This document shows, piece by piece, positions 24,345 through 42,002 of a DNA stretch of 64,000 nucleotides. This DNA comes from Octopus vulgaris. Lineage: Eukaryota. The stretch's first letter is position 1. Each line of letters begins with the position of its first letter. Under the pieces are notes generated by a model. It was not told the origin of the DNA, searched no databases, and saw only the letters and a list, made by a program, of their open reading frames with translations. The stretch spans positions 67,766,001 to 67,830,000 of the forward strand of contig OX597820.1 of the NCBI GenBank assembly GCA_951406725.2, given 5' to 3'. Position numbers and translations under genes: made by a program.

Positions 24345-24720
24345 TGGCCCCCTAATGAGGTGATGCTATATTTATCTCTGCTCGTGGAATCAATTTAGGA
24401 TTGTGAAGGCTGTGTGCTGATGATTTGGTTGCGAAGAGTGGAAAACAAGGAAGGGTAGTATCATCTCCGTGCAAGTCTGTGTTAATGGAGGTAACAGTGA
24501 GTAGGTTATAAATGTTGTGGAGGCACATGATGTTTTTCATTTACAAGGAAAATGCTCTTCTCATTTTTTTTGAAAATTCACAAGGTTTGAATAAACTGAG
24601 TTCTGAGATGGATCCAACCAGGAAAGCGACAATATTGGTCAGATTCCTGGAAGGGATTGCTGCCAAGTCGTATCAACAAGTCTTGTGAATCTCGCCAAAC
24701 GAGCTAATCCTTCGTTGCAC
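24345..24720 (-). pseudogene. Degraded LINE reverse transcriptase fragment
   Basis: LHNIYNLLTVTSINTDLHGDDTTL resembles the RT region L.INDL......H.YADDTTL. Confidence 0.5.
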
Positions 24721-24827
24721 TCGTTATAATCCCCAGTTTTAACTTGTTTTTCGGTGAGGCCGGTTGTACAAACTAGAAAATTAAAAACTTCTTACACAGA
24801 TACTTGATCCACTGACTAGTAATCAGT

Positions 24828-24886
<59 letters not shown>

Positions 24887-25124
24887 CCATATGGGGTCTA
24901 CATCTAGCATAATGGATGTTCACTTAGTGGCCATCCCTCTTATATGTATGTATATATATATATCTTGATCTAGGTATTATCTCACCTGTTTAATACATGT
25001 TGGTACATATTTAAAATTCTACTGAATCAGATGTAATAAATTTTAAGTCCCATTCGTTTTCTTTTTCATATATTTATGTCGCGTGCGCGACACACATACA
25101 TGCATACGTACATACATACATACA

Positions 25125-25160
<36 letters not shown>

Positions 25161-25433
25161 TATATAAATATATAGCATTTAATATACATAGATTTACATA
25201 TGTATACATGCTTCATACACACAGTGCACAGACACAAACACATTCTCACAATTTCGTATGTTCACTCATAAACACAAAATACATTAATGCAGGTACGAAT
25301 ATGTATGCATGCATGCATGTATGTATGTATGTATGTATGTATGTATGTATGTATGTATGTATGTATGTATGTATGCATGTATGTATGTATGTATGTATGT
25401 ATGTATGTATGCATGTATGTATGTATGCATATA

Positions 25434-26648
25434 CAGGGGTTGGACAAAATAATGGAAATACCTAGCATCATATCTATAAAACCGTCAAAATCTTGTTTTT
25501 TAGGTTTTTTGATTTGTTATTAGTGTTGCTTAATATGTTTTGCTAAAATTACTGTTTCTTTTCAGATATCATCAGGAAAAGGTAATTAAAATACATTAAA
25601 ATGACAGATTTGTCAGACTTTCAAAGAGGTCAAATTGATGGTGCTCGTATGGCAGACACTGGCATAACGAAAACAGCCAAAAGGTTTGGTGTATCAAGAA
25701 GAACTGTCTCGAAAGTAATGACAACCTTTGATAAAGAGGGAAAAACCGTCTCGTCGAAACAAAACTTCGGAAGAAAACCAAACTTTCAGATAGGGACCGT
25801 CGGTCTCTTACGCGAATTGTTAGAAATGATCACAAAAGTACAGCTCCCAAAATTACTGCAGAGCTTAATGACTACCTCGAGAACCCAGTTTTCCCCAAAA
25901 CTTTTCGACAGGAGCTGCACAAAGCCAGATTTCACGGGAGGGCCGCAATCAGAAAACCACCACTTTCAAAAACAAAAATTGCAAAGCAGAATTGGTCCCT
26001 AGAGCAGTGGAAGAATGTTATTTTCTCGGACAAGTAATCCTTTACCTTATTTCCGATCACCGGCCGAGTATACATGTGAAGACAGCCAAATGAAGCATTT
26101 GACTCAGAATGCCTTCTTCAAACTGTTAGACATGGAGAAATATTTCTGATGATCTGGTGTGTGTTTGTGCGTGTGTGTGGCTATATCTTGGAAATTGCAG
26201 AATAAATAGTCAAGACGATTTAAGCATTTGATCTGATCGAATTCATCCTATGGTTACGGAACAGTTTCCGGAGGGGAATGCAATGTTTCAGGATGATAAT
26301 GGATCAATTCACACAGCTAAATTTGTTACTGAATGACACGAGGAATATTCTAGTGAAACTGAACATCTTATCTGGCCACTACAGTTCCCAGATCTCAATA
26401 TTATTGAACATTTATGGTGCATTTTAGAAAAACAAGTAAGGAGTCGATATCCTCCACCGTCATCACTACAAAAACTGGAAACTGTTTTAGCTGAAGAATA
26501 AACAAAGTTTCCTTTGGAAACAATTCAAACTGTGCACGAGATGATACCTCGTAGAATTGAAGCTGTAATTACTGCCAAAGGCTGTCCTACCCAAAATTAA
26601 AATAAATTGGTTTGAAATTTTAAGGCATTTCCATTATTTTGTCCAATC

Positions 26649-26652
<4 letters not shown>
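25434..26652 (+). mobile_element. Tc1-like (DD34E) DNA transposon, full length, inactivated
   Basis: TIRs caggggttggacaaaataatggaaatacct / aggcatttccattattttgtccaatctctg with TA on both sides. Confidence 0.92.
25601..26599 (+). pseudogene. Tc1 transposase pseudogene
   Basis: HTH N-terminus MTDLSDFQRGQIDGARMA...TAKRFGVSRRTVSKV. Later frames give WKNVIFSDK*, FQDDN and PDLNIIEHLW. Contains frameshifts, stops and a (GT)n insert near 26157. Confidence 0.9.
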
Positions 26653-26719
<67 letters not shown>

Positions 26720-26977
26720 GTATATATAAAAGGCGGTGTCAAGCGACTGAAACAAATAAAAGAATAAAAGAAAGAAAAAGAATATATATATCAACATATA
26801 TATTTATATAGTGACTGTGTGGTAAGAAGCTTGCTTCCCAACCACATGCTTCCGAGTTCAGTCCTACTGTGTGGCACCTTGGGCAAGTGTCTTCTACTAT
26901 AGCCTTGTGAGTGTATTTGGTAGATGGAAACTGGTAGAAAACCGTCGTTTATGTATGTATGTACATATATATATATG

Positions 26978-27061
<84 letters not shown>

Positions 27062-27237
27062 GAATTGTATACATATATCAAGGATGAAAGAAAAGCGAAA
27101 TTATGGTTGGCATTTGGTCTTATGTATGAAAGGATATTTTTGTGCACAATATTTTTATATGTTTGTATGTATATATATATATATTTATGCGTATATATGT
27201 ATGTATTTATATATATATGTATATATATATGTATATA

Positions 27238-27295
<58 letters not shown>

Positions 27296-27296
27296 C

Positions 27297-27345
<49 letters not shown>

Positions 27346-27447
27346 GGAGTAAACACATAAATGTGAAACAAGGTGGAAAAAAGAGTACTCAAATACCAGT
27401 GGTAGAGTAATATGCTTTATTTTAAGCAGCAGAAAATTCAACAAAAT

Positions 27448-27485
27448 CTGTTACTCTGAGTTTCTCGTTGCCGTTCATCAGACAG
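27448..27485 (-). ncRNA. Minimal type I hammerhead ribozyme (left palindrome arm)
   Basis: Exact reverse complement of the motif at 27566-27603. Confidence 0.7.
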
Positions 27486-27565
27486 TTTTTGCTAGAATGG
27501 TACTGATATATCAATTCAATCTATATATAGATTGAATTGATATATCAGTTCCATTCTAGCAAAAA

Positions 27566-27603
27566 CTGTCTGATGAACGGCAACGAGAAACTCAGAGTAA
27601 CAG
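27566..27603 (+). ncRNA. Minimal type I hammerhead ribozyme (right palindrome arm)
   Basis: Stem I CTGT/ACAG, core CTGATGA, stem II aCG-gcaa-CGa (closing pair mismatched), GAAA, stem III CTC-a-GAG, triplet GTA. Confidence 0.7.
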
Positions 27604-27639
27604 ATTTTGTTGAATTTTCTGCTGCTTAAAATAAAGTAT

Positions 27640-33470
<5,831 letters not shown>

Positions 33471-33880
33471 CCGCACATATATACGCAGACAAATTACAGA
33501 CATTTGCATAAACGTTACATAACTTTTCCTAAGTATGACTCACAGCACAAAACGGAAAACTTCTCTTGTAAGATATTTAATAATACAAAAACAACAAGAA
33601 ATAATGCAATAAAACAATACTATAGCTACAAACAATGGCAGGATTGTCGCATCATACCATCACCCGAGCACACACATAACGACAAAGTCTTCGTCTTCCT
33701 TAAGAATTAATCAATACATACACCCATATCCATTTTAATACTTAAGGAAGACCAAGACTTTCTCCTCACGTGGGAGTACAAGGACGTTGTTCTCTTTTAT
33801 CTTGCCAAGAATTGTTCTGCTTTCTTTACTGAACACTCATACATTGGCCGCCTCGACGGAGAAGTGCGAGAGGGTTCTCT

Positions 33881-33911
<31 letters not shown>

Positions 33912-33957
33912 CCATCATCATCAGTAGCAGCATAATACACACACATGTATATTTATG

Positions 33958-34034
<77 letters not shown>

Positions 34035-34036
<2 letters not shown>

Positions 34037-34830
34037 CTTCGAGCGGTCTACAAATCTTGCTTATTCCATCGGAGAACGATGTTTTCGGTTGGTAGTACTA
34101 CTGCTTGCACTTCTCCCTCCCCAGCAAATCGGCAACCTCATAAAGGATGTTTGACCGGTCCAAAGAGATGATAGTCGTAAGAGGTGAGAGCTGAACTGAA
34201 TGCTGGGTGTTCCAGCAACTCAAAACCCAATTGTTCAATGGTTTCAACCACTTGGGTGACCGCATGCGGGCGTGCATTCTCATGCAACAATAACATTGAT
34301 TTGACAATAGACCTCAGCTGCTAATTACTGGTTTCAGTTTGCTGGTCAACATTTCACTATAGCCTACCCTGCTGACTGTAGATCCTTTATCCAAGTAATG
34401 ATCCAGTATATACCCTTTTAGGCCCCCACTCCCCAAAACGGTAAGTAGCCCTTTATCTGCGAAAGTTTGTGTCTTGAATTTCTTTTTCGTTGGCGATTCC
34501 GAGTGTTTCCACTCCATACCCTGCCTTTTTGGGCTCTGGCGCAGTGACTATTCCCTCCACTAAAAAAACTTCGCCTTCGTAGTTTTGTAGCGGTTTAGTA
34601 ACCCTGTCTCCACATGATTGCGCCTATGCACTTCCATAATCTTTCTTGGCACCCATCTTGCACAGACTTTACAGAAGCGAAGCTTGTCGTGGAAGATTTC
34701 GTATGCAGAAGTCCCGAGTTGTACTGAGAGACTGCGATGAATTTCAGCCTTCGATGTACATTTAGACCAGAGAAATCGGATCGCTGACCTTGATGCAGAC
34801 TGTCAGCGGACCAACCAGGTTCACTCTGTA
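34035..34830 (-). pseudogene. Mariner (DD34D-type) transposase relic
   Basis: Minus-strand fragments KVCARWVPRK, MEWKHSESPTKKKFKTQ, LLLHENARPH and LLEHPAFSSALTSYDYHLFGPVK. No TIRs resolved. Confidence 0.85.
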
Positions 34831-35186
34831 ACACAAAAACTGATGCAATCAAAGTTAAACCTCGTAACCACAATATTATCACCTTATGTAAATTTTCCCT
34901 TAGATATGCAATTTCAGGGCATACCAGCTCAAGATTTTACAAGCAATGAGCATATAAGTCGTTGGGCTGGGTAGCTGACTCGCTATCAACCCAGGCAGTG
35001 GTGTGGGTAAGCCACAAAAATGGCGAAGTATTAATGTCCATCACTCCCAAATGGGATTGAGGGTGAGTTATCTCGCCTGTCCATGGGTCTAAGGTGTTTT
35101 ATCACCGGCGACATGAGAGTTATATACTCCGCTGCGCCATCGCAGCCACCGGAAAATATACAAAGCCTAGAGCAGAAAAGAATACG

Positions 35187-35810
35187 AAGGCAGCGAGCTG
35201 GTAGAATCGTTAGCCCGCTGGACGAAATGCTTAGCGGTATTTCGCCCTTCGCTGCATTTTGAGTTCAAATTCCGCCGAAATCGACTTTTCCTTTCATCCT
35301 TTCAGGGTCGATAAATTAAGTACGAGTTACGCATTGGGGTCGGGGAAATCGACCCATCCCTTCCCCCCAAATTTCAGGCCTTGTGCCTATAGTACAAAAA
35401 ATTATTATTATTATTGTTAAGGCGGGGAGCTTGCAGAATCGTTAGACGAAATGCTTAGCGGTATTTCATCTGCCGCTACATTCTGAGTTCAAATTACGCC
35501 GAGGTCGACTTTGCCTTTCATCCTTTCGGGGTCGACAACTTAAGTACCAGTTACGCACTGGGGTCGATATATTCGACTTAATCCATTTGTCTGTCCTTGT
35601 TTGTCTTCTCTGTGTTTAGCCCCTTGTATGTACTAAAGAAATAGGTATTGCGCCCGTCGCTGCGTTCTGAGTTCAAGTTCCGCCGAGGTCGACTTTACCT
35701 TCATCCTTTCGAGGTCGATAATTTAAGTACCAGTTGTGTACTGGGGTCGATGTAATCGACTAGTCCCCTCCCCGCAAATTTCAGGCCTTGTGCTTATAAT
35801 AGAAAGAATT
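35187..35810 (+). mobile_element. Tandem SINE family B copies (monomer plus dimer) ending in (TTA)n
   Basis: Heads at 35187 and 35419, with repeated gtcgacttt.cctttcatcctttc blocks. Confidence 0.85.
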
Positions 35811-35811
35811 A

Positions 35812-35814
<3 letters not shown>

Positions 35815-35884
<70 letters not shown>

Positions 35885-36441
35885 GAGTGAGAGAGCAGTT
35901 CATGCCATCAAAGTGACACTGGGGTAAAATATACGAAGCCCAATATACTCATCATGACTACCCGTCTGATAAAGGTTCACCAGGCACATGCATCACAACC
36001 ATATGTGCGCGACATAGTGATCTCATATCAAGATAAACAGCACATGACCTTGCAGGTGGGGCCCAGTTAGAATTTTCTTCAGGTTGGGTAGCCCATCCCG
36101 CTCAAACGGTCCCTGAATAAGGGTTGCTTAAGGATGTTGAAAGAACCACCCATGTTTCCAGAGGTGAACTATTCAAACCCCAAAGAATCCCTCTCAACAC
36201 ATGGCTATGATGCTTCCCCACTACTTCTGCTCGTGATCAGAGATGCACATATCGTCAGCCACTAAGGGACATGCTCAACTGGTTAAGGTCAAACAACTGA
36301 CAAGCAAATCTGTGATATTGAGCAGAATATTTGCTGTAGCCCATCTTTTATACCAAGACAAAACAATGTACATGATAACACTTCCAATCAGTTAAGATCA
36401 GAAGCCATGAGAGCCACTGCCTGGTACTGCATCAGGGCATA
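35815..36441 (-). mobile_element. Probable non-autonomous retroelement with a (TAA)n tail
   Basis: ~555-bp non-coding block with sharp edges, whose minus strand ends ...ctctctcactc(aat)n. No tRNA head. Confidence 0.55.
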
Positions 36442-37034
36442 TTCATTTTGTTCATCATGTACAAGCACGTGTATATTTTATTAATGTTATTCAATGTCAT
36501 TAAAACTAAAGCATACTTTTGGTAATTCCTCATTGGTGCGTGACTTTGGGCCCTCTTTTTTGATACACTGTACTACGCAGTGATGCCGAAAATTGCTTTC
36601 ACTACCGCAGCTTAAATACAGTCTTACAAATGATTTGCAGCATTGCAAACACTGTGGACATCATAAGATATTTGCTTGTGTACCCTGATAATGTATCGAT
36701 ACAGAACAATTCATTATATATTAGAGCGAAGCAGAGAGTATCAAACTTCTGAGGAGTATCCACAATTATAAACAATCATAGTTCTAGTCACTATCAGTCA
36801 ATATGCGATCTATCAGATAAATTAATACTATGGATTAAGTTTGAATAATCGATTAAATTATCGTTTTGATAAACTGAGTGATTGTAGTAATATTAAGTTA
36901 AAGTAATAGGAAATTGTGGGGTGAAAGACCAATTTAAAATTGATAATTCATATCATAATTATTTGTGTGTAGATTTTATATAAAGCTATATGCACTCGCA
37001 CACGCGTGGACATGTTTATTTGGCTCCTATAATA

Positions 37035-38018
37035 TATTGGTTTCAAATTTTGGCACGTGGCCAGCAATTTCGATGGTGGGGTTAAATCTTTCGACTCCAG
37101 TGCTCAACTGGTATTTATTTTATGGACCCCGACAGGATGAGAGGCAAAGTCGACCTCGGTGGAATTTGAACTCAGAACGTAGAAACGGACGAAAGGTCAC
37201 TAAGCATTTTGTGACGTCGTGACGTGCTAACGATTCTGTCAGCTCACCGCATTTATAACCAATCAAAATGTTCCTCTCTACTATAGGCCTGTACTCAGGG
37301 TGCTTATTCTATCGACCTCGGAAGGATGAAAGGAAAAGTTGACCTCGGCGAATTTTGAACTCAGAACGTAAAGATAGACGAAATGCCCCAAAGCATTTTG
37401 GTCGGCATGCCAGCTCGCCGCCTTTATAACCAATTTAAATATTAGTTTCAAATTTTGGCACAAGGCCAGCAATTTCGGGGGTGGTGGCCAAGTCGATTGG
37501 ATTGACCCCAACACACAAGTAATACTCATTTTATCGTTCCCGTAATGATGAAAAGCAAAGTCGATCTTGGCCGGAATTTGAACTCAGAGTGTAGAGAAGC
37601 ATGAATGCCGCTAAGCATGTTCTTTTCTACTCTAGGTATAAGGCCCGAAAGTTTGGGGGAGGGGGCCAGTCGACTAGATCGACCCCAGTACGCAACTGGT
37701 ACTTAATTTATCGACCTCGAAAGGATGAAGGTAAAGTCGACCTTGGCGGAATTTGAACTCAGAACGTAGCAGCAAACGAAATACCTATTTCTTTACTACT
37801 CACAAGGGGCTAAACACATAGGGGACAAACAAGGACAGACAAACGGATTAAGTCGATTACATCAACCCCAGTGCGTAACAGGTACTAAATGTATCGACCC
37901 CGAAAGGATGAAAGGCAATGTCGACCTCGGCGGAATTTGAACTCAGAACGTAACGGCAGACGAAATACTACTAAGCATTTCGCCCGGCGTGCTAACGTTT
38001 CTGCCAGCTCGCCACCTT
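37035..38018 (-). mobile_element. Cluster of four SINE family B insertions on the minus strand
   Basis: Repeated gtcgacctcgg.ggaatttgaactcagaacgta blocks. The last copy (37621-38018) is dimeric. Confidence 0.85.
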
Positions 38019-38124
38019 ATTTGGTTCTTATAATATTGAAACTTCCTTAACAAAAGATTGTATAAAAGAGTAAAACGACTTAGGATGAAGAAGAATAACC
38101 AATCAAAATATTGCTGTTTGTTGC

Positions 38125-38390
38125 TTCCCGAACCATGCCTGGCTCATAAAGGCCAGTTTCCCGGTTTCCTTTGTGTATAGGTTCCCCACCTGGACAGGAC
38201 GCCGGTCCGTCGCAGGAGAGTTGCTAGATGCAGGAAGAGAGAGTGAGACAAAGTTGTGGCGAAAGAGTAATCAGAAATTCGCCATTACCTTCGCCACTAC
38301 CTTCTGCTTAGGTGCGTCTTTCATAAACACACATCGCCCGGTCTGTGATACGAACTCGCGACCCCTCATCCGCTGCACTAACCACTAGGT
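38125..38390 (-). mobile_element. Degraded tRNA-derived SINE
   Basis: Reverse complement begins ctagtggttagtgcagcggatgagggg...gagttcgtatc (A/B-box-like). Confidence 0.55.
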
Positions 38391-39199
38391 TATATTGATT
38401 ACTTAAAGTTAATATTTATATAAATATATGTGTACATGTGTGTGTGTGTGCGTGTGTGCACGTATATGCGAGTATATATGTATACATGTATATCAGTGTG
38501 AATGTATGTGTTTTTTGTGCATATTATTGTGTAATGCATGTGTATACTTATATATTTGTGTGTTTAAGTTTACTCACACACATACACATTCCTGAATGTG
38601 TCTGCATTTATTCCTACTTCATCACAGTCCATCTAAGATTAGAAAATTGAATGTGCTATTCTGCACATTTTGTTTCTTTTTAGAATGAGGGTGGATGATT
38701 TGAGGGAGATCTAGCTACTATTTTTGATAAGTCGGGTAACCGCAGAGATATATATTTTTGTCTCATTGCCTCAGTAATGTACTGAGTTGATACAATTGAC
38801 TGTTTTCCTTTCTCAAAAATATGTGACAATGTTTCAATGCAAGAAAATGTAATATGTTATTGCCTTCCATTTATTAAATAAATTATTGTTGATATTTAGT
38901 TTCATATCAGCTTTGGCAGATTAGACATTCCAACTTTGAGTATCCTGTCATTACAGAAATACTCTTTCTTGCTTGAAGAAGATTTGAAAGGGGATTTTGA
39001 CTGCTATTTCTACCAGATTGAGTGACCAAGTGGAAGAAGAGGAGGCAGAGGGGGAATGCTGATCCCCTTACTCAATAAAAAGTGATAAATAATATGAATG
39101 AAACATCATATCATTCAGCCTAAAGAGGACTGCGTACTTGAAATTTAAGTACGAAAACTGGTGCGTAGGAACAACTAACCGGAACCCAGCGTAAATGAT

Positions 39200-40700
39200 G
39201 TCAATCTAACTGAAGAATCGGACTTTAGTCCAAAAGTTTCGCAAATACAGCAGAGAAAACATAAAGGGTTTTAAGAGGCGGGGGGGGGGGGTATTTCTAT
39301 TCTAACTGCAAAATTTACATCAACACTCTACCGAAATAGGTAAACTGCGACAAAATACAGATACAATTCTTATAAAAATATTCATATAAAATCTAAACGT
39401 AACGCCAAAACGAGTAAAGTATCAGAAATAGAAATAAAACTTTTAAATGAAGGAATACATAGCAAAATACAAACCAAACAGTAAAAAGAAAACATTTAGT
39501 ATGAAAATTACGAAAATAAACCTAATAAGTACCCCCAAAAGAGGAAAAGCAAAATAAATAACAAAATACGACAACATAAAGTCAGCTACAGAAAACAGAC
39601 CAACAAAAAACTGTACCAGAAGAATACAAACAATGACATGAATACAAGAGAACGTGTGGAAGATTTAAGAATAGGAAATTTTAAAGTATTAAAATGGCCA
39701 TGACATTTAAAAGATAGAAATATTTATATAATTAAAAACAACCATTCTTTCTTTGAACCAACGAAAGTAATTCACAAAATGAAACTGAAATATAAAATAA
39801 CAACCATAAAAAATGTAAACTGGCCATTGTAGACTTCAAGCCTGTAATGGCAAACGGGTACGAACATCAATATCACCATGCTACACGAAATAACATATGA
39901 AGTAGTCATTGTAGTTATATAGGAGAATTGATATTTTCACAGCTCTACTCACATAAACACAGCAAAATTTAAACAAACAACGGGAAAACAAATATGATTT
40001 TAAAAATGATAGACAATAAGAAAAAAGACGTCTGTTGTTGATTAAATCAGTAACGAAACGGCAGAACTGGCAGAAAGGAGGGATAAAATAGTAAAGATGA
40101 ATAATAACAAAGAATAAATATCTAAAAATCAAAGAACACCTGAAACAAGACATCTATTCTAAATCAGCAAAGAAATCATCGGTGTGAAAAACGACAGCGT
40201 TTTCTTAGAACAAAACAAATAGTTCGATCCCCGAACCCAGCTGCGAGAAAAGAAGAATTTCGGAGAGGATTATGGGTAGCGAAGGAATCAACCCGGATGC
40301 GATCGTTGAAAACAATGACCACATCACTTGAACAAATGTATGAAGCCTTATTAGATACAAGCAATACAGACGCTACAAAAATAAACTGCAAGACTCGCGG
40401 AAATGATAAGATCGTAAAACGTCTGCTTTAAATATTTAACGGGAATATGAAGTGTTAGCCGTGAAGTTTTGTGAGATACTGATAGAACCAGAAACAATAC
40501 CTGAATGGTTCATAGAAGGGGTGAAAAAGTGTCTTAGTCTCTAAGATAAACCCTTACAACTATAGATCTGTAACGTGCCTTCCTACAACTGCAATACTTC
40601 TGAAACGACTACATGTATATCTAGGGAAAAAACTGTTTCCAACAGAGAGAAAGGGTGCCTCTAGGTTTTCTAGGATGGATAAACACATAATGTTTCAGGT
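39200..40700 (+). pseudogene. Highly decayed R4/Dong-like LINE ORF remnant
   Basis: A-rich coding-like strand. Fragments IEPETIPEWFIEG, NPYNYRSVTCLPT and KLFPTERKGC match the R4-clade RT N-terminus (PEW...NYRPITCLPT...EQKGC). Confidence 0.6.
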
Positions 40701-41664
40701 AAAGAGTAAAAAACATTAATTGAGATATGATATTAAAAAGGTGGAATGAATTATGAGCAAAGTGAAAAGAGGAAAACCACAAAGCGAAAACTCCTCAAAA
40801 AATATATTTGAGCATCTATAAACTTATTGAAAAACAACAGCAGTAAAAAAAACTGCTAATTTTTCCTTTTCAGTTGATAACAATTGCGGTTTTCTTTTTA
40901 AAAATAAATATCAAGATTTTGTAGACTGATAATATGGAATACAGAGCATCTGGTTCTATAATCAACTTATAAAGTTGCTTTTCTCTTTTTTTAAGATCCA
41001 GAGCATAGACTCTAAAGGAAAGAAACTTGAACGTAACTGGTAGCATAAGTTTTATGATCGACTATCTCTATAGTTTTACTGGTTTTGTCGTTAAATTGCG
41101 ATTATGGTGGGACAGCAGGTGGATGGGTGGCACTTTCATAAGAACAACAAGTTATTCACAGTTGTACAGTGAAATCTCAAAAATGAAAAGTGGCAAGTAT
41201 ATTTTAAAGCTGCTAAAGTAATAAAAACAATGTTTAAGAGGAAAAACTGAAATTAAAAAAATTGAAATCAAAAAGGTGTAAGGAATTTTGATTTTTTAAC
41301 CCGGAACTCGGAATCATGTGACTGGGAAGCAATCTTCTTAAACGGATCAGATTTCTGTTTCAAAATATCCCCCCCTCTCCTCGAACCCTAACTAACTCCA
41401 CTGACTTCGTTTCAAGACTAGCCAAATGGATAGACTCTGAAGAAGCTGCACCGAAAATCGTGCCAGGTTGTATCGGCAACTGCCCGTAATCTGTACAGTG
41501 GACATACGTGTAGGTCATAAAGACCATAATAATATGGCGCATAAAATTGTAAAATAAGAGGAAATAAATTTTGAGGATGAACAAGTCTCCATGTTTTATA
41601 TTGTTATAATAATTGCTAATATACATACATATATATATATACATATATATACACACACACACAT

Positions 41665-41707
<43 letters not shown>

Positions 41708-41802
41708 CACATTATATATACATATAAGAGGGATGACCACTACGTGAACAACCCTTGTGCTAGAAGTAGATCCGCTATGGTCTTAGTGGTAAGACCACAT
41801 GT

Positions 41803-42002
41803 ATCGCGTTTCACCTATCGCGGTTTATAATTGAAGCTTACGTCGATTCATCCGTGGTGTTGTTTTGCATTTGTAATAAAATAGATATATACAAATTATG
41901 AAAATAATAATAATAAAATACAGTACTCTTTCTAGTTCGCGGATTTTCACCTGTCGCGGGGTATTTCGGAATGTAACACTAGCGGTAGTCGAGGGATTGC
42001 TG
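41803..42002 (-). mobile_element. pogo/Tigger-like MITE, truncated copy
   Basis: Reverse complement is colinear with 56747-56972. Ends cgagggattgctg-TA. Confidence 0.75.

Larger units (their letters stand above)
27415..27636. repeat. 222-bp near-perfect palindrome (111-bp arms, one mismatch, no spacer)
   Basis: Centre is ctatatatag at 27521-27530. The only mismatch is 27501/27550. Confidence 0.95.

Noticed and set aside
36418-36440. Resemblance of cctggtactgca to U2 snRNA stem-loop IV
   Set aside because: Match is too short, and no other U2 sequence is present.
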